A stretch of DNA of 64,000 bases from an uncultured cyanobacterium (GCA_963719515.1 CAVRCJ010000003.1:672001-736000), one strand, 5' to 3'; positions 50,451-62,097 are shown, counted from the first letter of the stretch. Notes: generated by a model from the letters alone, not told the origin. Numbers and translations are program-made.

Positions 50451-50924
50451 TTACTCTGGTGGACGGCTGGCCTTCAGCGGCAGCACCGGCGTTTCTTTCA
50501 CCGTCGATAGTGCAATCATGGTGCTGGTACGAGAAACCCCAGCCACGCCTTTGATCTCTTCATTGACCAAGCGCTCTAGATCTTTGGCGTTGCTGCAGCG
50601 GATTTTCAAGAGGTAGTCATCGTCGCCCGTCACGTGGTGGCACTCTTGCACCTCCTGCAAGGACTCAACCTTTTTAAGAAATGGCCCCTGATGCTTCGGT
50701 TTATCCAATCGAATCGAAATAAAGGCCGTCAGGGCGCATCCCACAGCTTCAGGATCGACAAGGGCCGCGTAGCCCATGATCACCTGGCGCTCTTCTAGTC
50801 GCCGTACCCGGTCAGCAGTTGCCGGAGCCGACAGCTCTAAAATTCCCGCAAGCTCGGACCACGTGATCCGACCTTGCTCCATCAAATGCCGAATCGCTTT
50901 GTAATCGGTCTCGTTTATCTCCAT
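50451..50924 (-). CDS. Lrp/AsnC-family transcriptional regulator
   Basis: HTH with RVRRLEE; ECHHVTGDDDYLLK. Confidence 0.94.
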   Translation of the reverse strand: MEINETDYKAIRHLMEQGRITWSELAGILELSAPATADRVRRLEERQVIMGYAALVDPEAVGCALTAFISIRLDKPKHQGPFLKKVESLQEVQECHHVTGDDDYLLKIRCSNAKDLERLVNEEIKGVAGVSRTSTMIALSTVKETPVLPLKASRPPE

Positions 50925-51309
50925 AAATCTTCTTTAAATAGGATTTTAAGCTGTTTTTCTTGTTTTAGCAAGGCGTTTTCTACTTTTACCTTGAATGATG
51001 GCTGTTTTTGACTGAAAAGGCTTTTCTTTTCAAGTTTAAATTGCCAATTAGATTAAATTAGTGAAGTTAGTATGCCAATTTAGTCTGATTTTCCGTATTT
51101 GACAACCTTTTGTAGCGTAGACCACAGTTGCAGTAAATACGAACAGGTCCTGGTCGTCTACTCTCTGTCAACGGTGTATTGATGGCGGAGAGCGAGTAAA
51201 GCGGGTTGAGGGTGTATGATGTTTTGATGTTTTTGTTGATGACTGGCGTTGAGTGTTGAGAGTTCATCAGGCTGGCGGAAACTTAGTTTAGAAGAGGGTT
51301 TGACGCACT

Positions 51310-52965
51310 ATGACTAAATTTGGGATGTCTCAAACGAGATGGCGATCGCTGCTCCGCTTCGCAGGGTTGTTTTGCCTCTGCGCGACGCTGATCATCAGCT
51401 GCGCCGGACCACAGGATGGCGCGTCAGACCAAGGTGCCTCTACTGAGGGAACTGAAGAAGCCAGCGCGTCGAGTCGGATTACCATGGGCACTACCCAAAA
51501 GGTGGACACCATCGACCCCGCCGACGCCTACAGAATTTTTCCAGGCATCCTGCTCTACAACATGGGCGATCGCCTCTATACCTACGAGACCGGCGGCACG
51601 GAGATTGTACCCCAGCTGGCCACCGAGCTGCCCACCATCAGCGACGATGGCCTCACCTACACGGTTCCTATTCGGGAAGGGGTTACCTTTCATGACGGCA
51701 GTCCCTTCAACGCCGAAGTGATGGTGTTCTCCTTACAGCGGTTTATCCAGAACGGTGGCGGTCCCTCCTTCCTGCTCTCTGAAAAGGTGGAGTCCGTGGA
51801 AGCCACGGGAGACTACGAAATTACCCTTACCCTCGACTCTCCTTTTGCCGCTTTTACCGCTCTGCTCACTTTCTGGGGCACCACCCCCGTTCCCATGGAT
51901 AGCTACACCATCGGCGAAGGTGTCTTCCAGCCCGATACCTTCATCGGCACCGGCCCCTACCGGCTCGCAGAGCTGACCCCCGATACCGTCCGCCTAGACG
52001 TGTTTGAAGACTACTGGGGCGACCAGCCGGTCAACGACGGCTACGATATCCGGCTCTTCAGCAGCGCGGCCAACCTCTACAACGCCTTCCGCACTCAGGA
52101 GATGGATATCGCCTACCAAACTCTTGATCCTGACCAGATTGCTTCTCTTGAAGAAGAATCCGCCTCATCGGGTTGGCAGGTGATCGAGGCCGGTACGACC
52201 GTAGTCAACTACATGCTGCTAAACCAGAACCTGCCGCCGCTAGACGATGTCAACGTCAGGCAGGCGATCGCCGCCCTGATCGACCGGCCTCTGCTGAGCG
52301 AGCGGGTGTTTAAGGGGCAGGCCGAGCCGCTCTACAGCCTCATCCCCACTAGCTTCGATGTCTACAAGCCTGTGTTTGAGGAAGCGTATGGCGATGGCAA
52401 CGCTGAAAAGGCCCGTCAGCTCTTAGAAGAGGCCGGCTATAGCGAGGACAATCCGCTGACTTTAGAGCTGTGGTATCCCTCCGCATCCACCGACCGCAAC
52501 CTAGTGGCCACCACCCTAGAGGCCTCCTTCGAGCAGCAGCTGCCCGGTCTGGTAGACGTACAGGTTAAAGACGTCGAGGGGGCCACCGCTTGGCCCAATT
52601 TGGACAAGGGAATTTACCCCACCTTCTTGCTCAACTGGTACCCCGACTTCTACGACGCCGATAACTTCATTCAGCCATTTATGGAATGCAAAACCGGCTC
52701 TGAGGAAGCGGGCTGTGAGGAAGGGGCCAACCGCTCGTTCTACTACAGCGATCGCGCCAACGAGCTGATTGAGAAAGAGCGGGCCGAGACGGACCCAGGG
52801 GCTCGTGAAGAGGCCTTCTTGGAGCTACAGGATATTTTGGCGGAGGATGTGCCCTACATTCCGCTGTGGCAGAACAAAGACTACGTGTTTGCCCAGGATG
52901 GGGTGGAGAACGTCAGCGTGGAGCCAACGCAGCAGTTCTTGCTGTGGAAGGTCGAGAAATCGTAG
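51310..52965 (+). CDS. peptide/nickel-type ABC transporter substrate-binding lipoprotein
   Basis: IISC lipobox; DPADAY, FHDG, GTGPY, VRQAIA, PYIPLW. Confidence 0.92.
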   Translation: MTKFGMSQTRWRSLLRFAGLFCLCATLIISCAGPQDGASDQGASTEGTEEASASSRITMGTTQKVDTIDPADAYRIFPGILLYNMGDRLYTYETGGTEIVPQLATELPTISDDGLTYTVPIREGVTFHDGSPFNAEVMVFSLQRFIQNGGGPSFLLSEKVESVEATGDYEITLTLDSPFAAFTALLTFWGTTPVPMDSYTIGEGVFQPDTFIGTGPYRLAELTPDTVRLDVFEDYWGDQPVNDGYDIRLFSSAANLYNAFRTQEMDIAYQTLDPDQIASLEEESASSGWQVIEAGTTVVNYMLLNQNLPPLDDVNVRQAIAALIDRPLLSERVFKGQAEPLYSLIPTSFDVYKPVFEEAYGDGNAEKARQLLEEAGYSEDNPLTLELWYPSASTDRNLVATTLEASFEQQLPGLVDVQVKDVEGATAWPNLDKGIYPTFLLNWYPDFYDADNFIQPFMECKTGSEEAGCEEGANRSFYYSDRANELIEKERAETDPGAREEAFLELQDILAEDVPYIPLWQNKDYVFAQDGVENVSVEPTQQFLLWKVEKS

Positions 52966-52978
52966 AACGGAGATTCCT

Positions 52979-53179
52979 ATGCCCTACGTCAACGTCCAAA
53001 TTACCCGAGGCGCGACTAGAGAGAAAAAGGCTGAACTAGTCCAAGACGTCACGAGTTCGCTCGTGCGCGTCTTGGGCAAAAAGCCAGAGCACATTCACGT
53101 CGTTATCCAAGAAATCGAGGATGAGAACTGGGGGTACTCTGGGCTATTGACGGACGATTGGAAGAAACGGCAAGCTTGA
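52979..53179 (+). CDS. 4-oxalocrotonate tautomerase family protein
   Basis: N-terminal MP (catalytic Pro1), KAELV, ENWG; GGAG RBS. Confidence 0.9.
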   Translation: MPYVNVQITRGATREKKAELVQDVTSSLVRVLGKKPEHIHVVIQEIEDENWGYSGLLTDDWKKRQA

Positions 53180-53182
53180 GCC

Positions 53183-53836
53183 CTAGCCTTTGGGGCTTTG
53201 AGCGGCTAATCCCTGCTGCAGCGTAGCCAACACCTTGGCCAAGCCGCCTGAGAGCAGCGCCGAGGGCGCTAGCCACAGCCCTGAGTACACCTCCGAGCAG
53301 ATGACGCCTAGGTCGTTGGGCTGCAGTGAGTCGTACCTGCCCTCTTGCAGCTGAAACCAGTCCAGCTGCTGATCATAAACGCGCCACACCAGGTATTCCT
53401 GCACTTGGTTGCGGCGATAGATGTTGAGCTTTTGGTGCATGTCCATTGAGGCACTGCTGGCCGCAATTTCGACGATTAGCTCGGGCGTACCTTCAACATA
53501 GTCATCATCACTGATCGTAGATTGACCGTTTTTCTTGAAGCGCAGGAGAGCATCGGGCTGGACCTCGTTGTCGCTGTCGAGGCGGACGGTGGGATTGTCT
53601 AGGACTTGCACGTCGGATACAGAGGCGGCGTAGACCCCGAGCCAGGTAATCATTTGAGCATGGGGTTCGGCGTGGGCGTTGGCGTGCAGCGGCGAGGCCA
53701 TGTAGACGCATCCTTCAATCAGTTCAGCTTTCTTCACGTGGGGCATGGCGGCGTAACGCTGCTCAAACTCGCGGCGGCTGAGGCGATCGCCGTTTTCGAG
53801 GGGCGGTAAGCTAAGCGGTAGAATAGAGGGCGTCAT
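53183..53836 (-). CDS. Uma2-family (DUF820) endonuclease-like protein
   Basis: LENGDRL, AELIEG, QPDA, PELIVEIA.SS, EYLVW. Confidence 0.93.
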   Translation of the reverse strand: MTPSILPLSLPPLENGDRLSRREFEQRYAAMPHVKKAELIEGCVYMASPLHANAHAEPHAQMITWLGVYAASVSDVQVLDNPTVRLDSDNEVQPDALLRFKKNGQSTISDDDYVEGTPELIVEIAASSASMDMHQKLNIYRRNQVQEYLVWRVYDQQLDWFQLQEGRYDSLQPNDLGVICSEVYSGLWLAPSALLSGGLAKVLATLQQGLAAQSPKG

Positions 53837-53994
53837 TGATCTTGGTTTGGGAGTTTTGGCTCAGGAGCCTTAGCTTAAAAGTCTTTGCTTTAGAGCAGCG
53901 TTTGCTATACCTCCCATTATGCTCAATACAATAACGGCAGTTTCGCCACAGCGGACTGGAGGCCTACGTCGCGGTTTTCTGACGCACGGAGACT

Positions 53995-55081
53995 TTATTC
54001 GCCATCGGGCAGCCGCTCCCCAGTCTCGGCATGGAACCAGTGGAGGTTATTTACCGGCAGCGCCAAGGTAACGCGATCGCCACTCCATTTCTGGTCCGAA
54101 GGCAGCAGGGCACGCAGGGTAATAGCCTCCGTCGCCCTCAGCGCCATCGAGCTTCACGCTGATCAAATTGCCCATCCCTAGATTCTCCACCAGAAATATA
54201 CGGCCCTCCACCGTCAGGGCGCTATCCGGCTTGGCCAGCCCGATCTGCTCCGGCCGGATGCCCAGCACCACCTCCGGCGGCGGCACAAAGCGATTGGGCA
54301 GCGGGATGGCATATTGCCCTAGCCGAGCCGCCTTATCCCGACAGGGCAGCGTCAGCAGGTTCATCTGCGGGCTACCGATGAAGCCTGCCACAAACCGGTT
54401 TGCCGGGTAGGTGTAGATACGCTCGGGCGGGTCGAGCTGCTGCAGATTTCCCTCATAGAGCACCGCTACCCGAGACGAAAGGGTCATAGCCTCAGTTTGG
54501 TCGTGGGTAACGTAGACCACAGGGGCCTGCTGTTCGGCAAACAGCTGTTTTAACTCGGCTCGCACCTGTTCCCGCAGCAGGGCGTCTAGGTTACTAAGAG
54601 GCTCGTCCAGCAAGAACACGTCGGGGTTGCGCACTAAGGCGCGGCCCAAGGCCACCCGCTGCCGCTGCCCGCCGGATAGATTAGCAGGCTTGCGGTCGAG
54701 CAATGGGTCTAACCCCAATAGCTTCGCGGCGTTCGCAACCCGCTCGCGAATCGTGGCCTCAGACTCCTTGCGCAACTTCAGGCCCGAGGCGATATTCTCG
54801 CGCACCGTCATGTGGGGGTAAAGGGCGTAGCTTTGAAACACCATGGCAATGTTGCGATCGCCCGGTGCAATGCGCTCCATACGCTTGTCTTCAATCCAAA
54901 TTTCGCCTTTGGTGGGCTGCTCTAGCCCCGCAATCAGCCTGAGTATCGTTGATTTGCCGCACCCAGAGGGGCCAAGCAGGGTCAAGAACTCGCCTTTATC
55001 GACGGTCAAGCTCAAGTCCTTAACGGGGATGTTCTTGGGGCCAAAGGATTTATGGAGGTGCTTGAGGGAGAGAGTAGCCAT
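53995..55081 (-). CDS. sugar ABC transporter ATP-binding protein, frameshifted near 54130
   Basis: GPSGCGKS, LSGGQRQR, DEPLSNLD, HDQ; the natural tail AITLRALLP..LHWFHAETGERL lies in another frame. Confidence 0.9.
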
Positions 55082-55169
55082 GATTCAGGAGCAGTAGGGG
55101 TAGTTTTTCAAGCTAGTCCTAACAATTAGGGTAGAGCACCAGCCTAACCTGACGCGTGGCTCATCTTTA

Positions 55170-57401
55170 TTACAACCCATTGCCAATCAAAATAAACGGT
55201 GCCCAGTAGTAGGGATGAGCTAGCCCGCTGCTCTGGCTCAATGGTTCGCCGCTGCGAGCATCCAAGATTTCCACCGTCACGCCCCGCTCGCCTTCTAGCA
55301 CCGTCTCATCGCTGGTAATCAAGGACTGCTGGGCGCGCTGCAGGGCGACCGTGGCGCTATAGCCATTGTTCAGTGCTACATAAAAGGCATCCATTAGCAC
55401 CTGAGTACCCCCATCGCTCACCGACCATAGAGAAGCGATCGCGGCATCGGCTCCGGTGCGCTGAATTTGGTAGCCCAGCCCCAAAATCTCTCGTCCGTCT
55501 CCCAGGGTGTCGCCGACGCCGGTTTCACAGGCGCTCAGCACCACCAGGTCTACGTTGGGCAGCCGCCAGTTTTTGATTTGGTCTAGGGAAACCGGGGTAC
55601 CGTCGCCAAACAGAATGAAGGACTGGCTGGCGTCGCCGGGGACGAAGGCGGCGTGGGTGGCTAAGTGGACGATGGAATAGCGGTTCATTTGCCGCACAGT
55701 GTCTGGGTGGAAGGCATCGTTGAGCAAGGGGGTGGTGTTCAGCAGCGCCGCCAGGTTCTCTACTTCATTACCGGCAAACTCCAGACCGCTGAAGGTCTGC
55801 TCCCGGTTGCCCACGGTGACAGGGTGGCTACCCTCGGTGAAGGCCCCCGCGAAGACGCGGGGCTGCTCCTGCCGCTGAGCCAGGGCGATGTCGGTGAGGC
55901 TGGCGGCGGTGATGTTGTTGATGCGGAAATTTTCCACCACCCACTGCTCTCCGTTGTGCAGCGAGCCGAGGGGGATGTAGCGAAGCTGACCGTCAGGGGC
56001 GTAGATGATGGTTTCCACGCCCAGAGCCATTAGCTCATCTTCAAGATCTCTAAGGATCCAGTCGTAGAGCTTTTGAGCGAGGGGTAGTGGGTCACTGCCA
56101 GGATCTTCAAGTGCGGATCGGTAGTTGGCGATCGCTTCATTCAGCTCTACGCGGCCTACGCCAACGGTTTGGCGGAGGGGGACATCAGCTTCGGGGGTGA
56201 CTAGCACCAGCTCTAGACGGTCTTCGAGGATGAAGGGGTAGAGCAGGGCGGCGTTTTGGCCCAGGTTGGCGAGGTTCTGCTGTAGGTCTCGGTAGCTGGC
56301 CAGGTCAATATTTTTGCCTTCGGTGGTGCGGCGCAGGAGAGCTACTTGGCTCTGGACTTCGGGACTTTGCAGGAAGGTGTCGAAGCCGTCGATGAGCTGC
56401 TGAACGTCTTGGGTGAGCTGGTCGTAGCGATCGGCTTGCTGGGGGGTGAGGTCGCCGGGAATGGACTCAAGTTCCCGCAGCTCTTGGGTGAGAGTGATGA
56501 CTTGGTTGAGGCGATCGGTGAGGCGCGCTTCGATGGCGGCTTCGGGGGGGCGGTTGTCGATGCCTTGGGCGGTGTTGCCGTTGCGCTGGATGTCGTTGAG
56601 GTAGTCGTCGAGTTCTTGGACTTTGAGCATGTCTAGGACGCGCTGGGCTTCTAGAATGCGATCGGCTTGGAGGAGGAGGTCGGCGAGTTTGCGGTAGGTG
56701 CTCTCGATAGTATCAGTGAAGGATTGCTGCTGTTCGGTACTGAGGCCGCGAATATCGCCACGCAGCTTTTCCCACTGGTTGACGGATTGCTTGAGAAAGA
56801 GCGTGGCGAGTTCAGGCTGCTCTAGAGCTTCCAGCACATAGCCCATGTTGTTGAGAGTGATACCTTCCCCGGTGCGATCGCCAATTTCTCGGCGGATAGT
56901 GAGGGCTTGCTCATAGGTATCAAGGGCGAGCTGATACTGCCCTAAATTGTTGTAGACCGTAGCAATGTTGTTGAGAGTGACACCTTCTCCAGCGCGATCG
57001 CCAATTTCTCGGCGGATAGCAAGAGCTTGATCGTAATAGCCTAGGGCAGGCTCGTATTGGCCAGAGCTGTCGGCGATCCCCCCCAACCCCGTCAGCGATC
57101 GCCCTTCCCCCTGGCGGCTCTCCTGCGGAAAAGCCGCCCGCACTTCAGGACTGCGGTAAATCTCCAAAGCCCGCTGCAGCTTCTCTAGCGCAGGCCGATA
57201 TTGACTAATCTGCCAAAGCTGAAGAGACTCATCAAAAAAGCGATCGCCCTCCGCCAACAGCGCCTCAGCCTCACTAACTGGCAACTCTCCCTCAACCTGT
57301 GGCACCGCCTCCTCAACCTGAGCCGTAGCCCGAGGCACGATCGCCCCCTCCGTCACCATCACCGCCAAACCCAACCATAGGACAGAAAACCGCATAAGCA
57401 T
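55170..57401 (-). CDS. TPR + CHAT domain protein
   Basis: Signal peptide; TPRs; HLATHA and VLSACETG (His/Cys dyad); HPYYWAPF. Confidence 0.93.
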   Translation of the reverse strand: MLMRFSVLWLGLAVMVTEGAIVPRATAQVEEAVPQVEGELPVSEAEALLAEGDRFFDESLQLWQISQYRPALEKLQRALEIYRSPEVRAAFPQESRQGEGRSLTGLGGIADSSGQYEPALGYYDQALAIRREIGDRAGEGVTLNNIATVYNNLGQYQLALDTYEQALTIRREIGDRTGEGITLNNMGYVLEALEQPELATLFLKQSVNQWEKLRGDIRGLSTEQQQSFTDTIESTYRKLADLLLQADRILEAQRVLDMLKVQELDDYLNDIQRNGNTAQGIDNRPPEAAIEARLTDRLNQVITLTQELRELESIPGDLTPQQADRYDQLTQDVQQLIDGFDTFLQSPEVQSQVALLRRTTEGKNIDLASYRDLQQNLANLGQNAALLYPFILEDRLELVLVTPEADVPLRQTVGVGRVELNEAIANYRSALEDPGSDPLPLAQKLYDWILRDLEDELMALGVETIIYAPDGQLRYIPLGSLHNGEQWVVENFRINNITAASLTDIALAQRQEQPRVFAGAFTEGSHPVTVGNREQTFSGLEFAGNEVENLAALLNTTPLLNDAFHPDTVRQMNRYSIVHLATHAAFVPGDASQSFILFGDGTPVSLDQIKNWRLPNVDLVVLSACETGVGDTLGDGREILGLGYQIQRTGADAAIASLWSVSDGGTQVLMDAFYVALNNGYSATVALQRAQQSLITSDETVLEGERGVTVEILDARSGEPLSQSSGLAHPYYWAPFILIGNGL

Positions 57402-57687
57402 TTCTGGGCCAAAGACATCTAGCAGTATATAGCTCTAGCCTGAGAGGCGGTATGAAAAACAAACTGGCCTTAGTCAATCAGGACGGCGCATCATCGGTTT
57501 CGCCAACAGCGGTCGAGCATCTAGCTGCAACCGGCTGAATCTTTGCCGCGATCGCCCATAGCGCCAAAAGGCGATCGCCCTAGTTAAGTCACTGGCTCCT
57601 ATGTTGGGATCTAGCTAGCCGTATCCATTTGCCAAAATCAAAGTTTGCCCGCTGTAAAATAAAGGAAATCCTTACTCCTCTGAACCC

Positions 57688-58062
57688 ATGGTCGCCGACA
57701 TCCGCCAGAGAGCTGTCTTGCTAATAGATCAATTGCCCCAGAGCAAGCTTGAGGCCGTAGTCCAGCTCTTGGAAGTCTTAACGGAGCCAGCAGCGGGGGC
57801 TACCCGCGAAGAATCTCACCTATTGGCCACCATTCAGCGCCGCCTTCCCGAACCAGAGCAAACCCGGCTCGATGGCCTTCGCACCCGCTGCGAGTGGGGT
57901 GAGCTATCGAAATCTGAACACCAAGAGCTGATTGGATTCGAAGACCGTCTAGAGCAGTACCGCGTTGAGCGGCTAGAAGCGTTGATTGCGCTGGCCCAGC
58001 TGAAAGACCTAGATCTGCCAACGCTAAACCAGCAGTTTTCGCCATCTTCAAGTGCCGCCTGA
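57688..58062 (+). CDS. hypothetical protein upstream of HNH gene
   Basis: 124 aa helical protein; overlaps the HNH start. Confidence 0.75.
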   Translation: MVADIRQRAVLLIDQLPQSKLEAVVQLLEVLTEPAAGATREESHLLATIQRRLPEPEQTRLDGLRTRCEWGELSKSEHQELIGFEDRLEQYRVERLEALIALAQLKDLDLPTLNQQFSPSSSAA

Positions 58063-58438
58063 GTCTGAACGGGTCTCGCCGAGTCTCAGGCGAGAAGTCG
58101 CTCAGCGAGCAAAGCAACTCTGCGAGTATTGCCGCTGCCCCGAAGCTTTTTCTCCCGATAGCTTTACGATCGATCACATCCGACCTCGCCAGATAGGCGG
58201 CGCGACGGCCTCAGAAAATCTGGCCTGGGCTTGCTTTGGCTGTAATGGCCGTAAATCTACAAAGACGGCTTCTGTTGACCCGGTAACCAACAAGGGTAGG
58301 GCGTTGATTTCGTTCAACGCCACTCAAAACGAGCGACTTCGTGTCGCACGACCTTGTGCGATTGTACCTGAGTCATACCGAGCCCTTAACACGTCTGGAA
58401 AACCCGGGTTCTTTGGGGGACTCCAAGCTAACCCATAA
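58052..58438 (+). pseudogene. HNH endonuclease, C-terminally disrupted
   Basis: CEYC, IDHIRP, NLAWACFGCN..K; after DPVT the frame runs into a REP-like hairpin and the next gene's leader. Confidence 0.65.
58296..58323. repeat. GTAG-type REP-like hairpin
   Basis: GTAG-GGCGTTGA-TTTCGT-TCAACGCC-AC. Confidence 0.5.
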
Positions 58439-58452
58439 AACTGGAGTCCCTC

Positions 58453-58818
58453 ATGACAATCCAATACCCTTCGCTGTCTCTTGCTCAAGAGGCCGCAAAG
58501 CTCGCTGTGCAGCAGCATATCGTCGCCCAACAGTGCACTGCAGACCAGTCCGCGCGCTTAGATTCCCCGCTGGAATCCGATCCCGCTATCCCCACCCTAC
58601 TGGAGCCCTCCCCAGCCTCAGGCTGTGAGCATCTGCGGCACCTGCTGATTGGCTCCCCCGCTGGCATCCAAGAAGCGATCGCCCGCATGCACTTACTGGA
58701 CTACGTTGAGCGCCACTACTGGACCCCGCTGATTACTATTGGCTCGCGAGGTGTCCACATTACCCCCGCCCACGGCCAGGTGCTCAGCTACCTGGTGCAG
58801 CAGCGGCCTCTTCGCTAG
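58453..58818 (+). CDS. uncharacterised small protein, paralogue 3 of 3
   Basis: HLLIGSPAGIQEAIARMHLLDYVERHYWT...GQVLSYL; GGAG RBS. Confidence 0.8.
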   Translation: MTIQYPSLSLAQEAAKLAVQQHIVAQQCTADQSARLDSPLESDPAIPTLLEPSPASGCEHLRHLLIGSPAGIQEAIARMHLLDYVERHYWTPLITIGSRGVHITPAHGQVLSYLVQQRPLR

Positions 58819-58842
58819 TGGCATAGCCGCCAGCAAAGAGGT

Positions 58843-58876
58843 GCGATCGCCTTTCGTGATCTCGAAGGGCGATCGC
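58843..58876. terminator. hairpin with two HIP1 arms between convergent genes
   Basis: GCGATCGCCTTTCG-TGATCT-CGAAGGGCGATCGC. Confidence 0.45.
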
Positions 58877-58883
58877 GCTGCCA

Positions 58884-59750
58884 TCAGCCCTTAACTGCGC
58901 CAGAAGTGAGCCCCTGAATAATTTTGCGCTGAAAGAAGAGCACCAGCAGCACCAGGGGCAACGTACCCAGCACCGTTGCGGCGGCCAGCGGGCCGTAGGG
59001 AATTTCGAAGACGGTGGCTCCCCCCAGCTGCGCCGCCGCCACCGGGATGGTTTTCATGCTCTCTCTGGTGATGAACGTCAGCGCAAAGAGAAACTCGTTC
59101 CAGGAGAAGATGAAGGTCAAAATGCCGGTGGTGACTAGAGCCGGCAGGGTCATCGGCAGCACAATTTTTAGCAGCATCTGCACCGTGCTGTAGCCGTCTA
59201 CCTTAGCGGCATCCTCCAGGTCTTTGGGCAGCTTCTCAAAAAAGCTGCGCATCACCAAAATTGTCAGCGGCAGGTTGATGGCGGTGTAGGGGATGATCAG
59301 CGCCAGGTAGTTGTTGCCCAGCCCCAGCACCCGGATAATTTCCAGCAGTCCCAAAAACAGCAGGATGTAGGGAAACAGCGTCACCACCAGCACCCCCGCT
59401 AAAATAATCCGCTCTCCCGGCAGCCGCAGCCGCGCTAGCACATAGGCCGCCGGGGCCCCCAGCGCCAGACACAGCGCCGTAGAGACCACCGCCACAAAGC
59501 CGCTGTTGAGCATATAGCGCAGGAAAGGGCGGCGCTGAAACAGCTCGATGTAGTGGGTCAGCGTATAGCGGGTGGGGATATAGATGTTGGGCACCGCCGA
59601 GATATCTTCGTTCACCTTTAGGGAGGTGAGCAGCTGCCACAGCATGGGGCCGAGGCTAAAGGCCACCAGGAAGAAGACGGCGATCGCCAGCAGGATGGTG
59701 CGGGTGGAGAAACCACTGTGAGCAGATTCAGGAGCGGAAGGAGAGGCCAT
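58884..59750 (-). CDS. carbohydrate ABC transporter permease (MalG-like)
   Basis: EAA-type motif LEDAAKVDG; WNEFLFAL; GLTSGAVKG. Confidence 0.94.
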   Translation of the reverse strand: MASPSAPESAHSGFSTRTILLAIAVFFLVAFSLGPMLWQLLTSLKVNEDISAVPNIYIPTRYTLTHYIELFQRRPFLRYMLNSGFVAVVSTALCLALGAPAAYVLARLRLPGERIILAGVLVVTLFPYILLFLGLLEIIRVLGLGNNYLALIIPYTAINLPLTILVMRSFFEKLPKDLEDAAKVDGYSTVQMLLKIVLPMTLPALVTTGILTFIFSWNEFLFALTFITRESMKTIPVAAAQLGGATVFEIPYGPLAAATVLGTLPLVLLVLFFQRKIIQGLTSGAVKG

Positions 59751-59785
59751 GACAGGTGTGGGATGTGGTTAGGGTATGCGAGATC

Positions 59786-59813
59786 GTAGAGGCAAACGGC
59801 CGTTCGCCCTCAC
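59786..59813. repeat. degenerate GTAG-type REP-like hairpin
   Basis: GTAGAGGCAAACGGCCGTTCGCCCTCAC. Confidence 0.45.
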
Positions 59814-59838
59814 TGTCGGCAGCGGTATCCGACAGCTA

Positions 59839-60735
59839 TTACGCCGCACGTTTGCGCAGCCGGTTGATGATCAGGGCCGCGATCGCCACCGCCAGAATCA
59901 GCACCAAGAAGGTGACCACCACCAGCGCCGCCCCGTAGCCAAAGTCGAGGTAGCGCATCACCGTCGCGTAGATATACAGCGACACCATCTCTGTTGCCCC
60001 GGCAGGCCCGCCCCCCGTCATCACCTGAATCAGGTCAAAGATGCCAAAGGACTGGGCAAAGCGAAACAGCATGGCAATCAAAATCTGGGGCAGCAGCAGC
60101 GGCAGAGTAATGTGGCGAAAGCTCTGCCAGGGGGATGCCCCGTCGATGGCGTGGGCCTCGTAGAGGTCATCGGAGATGGACTGTAGCCCCGCCAGCAGCA
60201 GAATGCTGACAAACGGGGTCGTCTTCCAGACGTCGGCGGCGATGGTGGCCAGCAGCGCTAGCGTCGGGGTGCCCAGCCAGTTCACCGGCGATTGAATCAC
60301 GCCCAGCCGCAGCAGCATGTCGTTCCAAACGCCGAACTGGTCATTGAAAATCCAGGTCCAGGTGAGGGCAATCAGCGATGTGGGCAGCGCCCAGGGCAAA
60401 ATGGCCACGGTGCGCACGATGCCCCGCCCCTTAAACGACTGGTGCAGCAGCAGGGCGATCGCAGTTCCCAGCACCAGCTCTAGCACCAGGGCCACCACCG
60501 TAAACAGGGTGGTATTCCAGATGCTCTGCCAAAAGCGCCCGTCAATAGCCATACGGCTGTAGTTACTGAGGCCGGAGAACACCGGCTGCAGGTTGGTGCC
60601 CAAGTTCTCGGTAAACAGACTCAGCCAAAACGCCCGGCCGATAGGGTAGGCAAACACCAGCAGCAGCAGCGTCAGCGCCGGCAGCAGCAGCAGCCAGCCG
60701 GTGAGTTGTTCCTGGGAGCGAAGTTTAGAAGTCAT
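59839..60735 (-). CDS. carbohydrate ABC transporter permease (MalF-like)
   Basis: DVWKTTPF, LYEAHAIDGA, MTGGGP. Confidence 0.94.
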   Translation of the reverse strand: MTSKLRSQEQLTGWLLLLPALTLLLLVFAYPIGRAFWLSLFTENLGTNLQPVFSGLSNYSRMAIDGRFWQSIWNTTLFTVVALVLELVLGTAIALLLHQSFKGRGIVRTVAILPWALPTSLIALTWTWIFNDQFGVWNDMLLRLGVIQSPVNWLGTPTLALLATIAADVWKTTPFVSILLLAGLQSISDDLYEAHAIDGASPWQSFRHITLPLLLPQILIAMLFRFAQSFGIFDLIQVMTGGGPAGATEMVSLYIYATVMRYLDFGYGAALVVVTFLVLILAVAIAALIINRLRKRAA

Positions 60736-60768
60736 CGGCCAAATTGGTCAGATAGATAAACGCCATCG

Positions 60769-62097
<1,329 letters not shown>

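Noticed and set aside
51113..51126. NtcA-like site GTAGCGTAGACCAC
   Set aside because: Imperfect (CAC instead of TAC) and no -10 box at the expected spacing.
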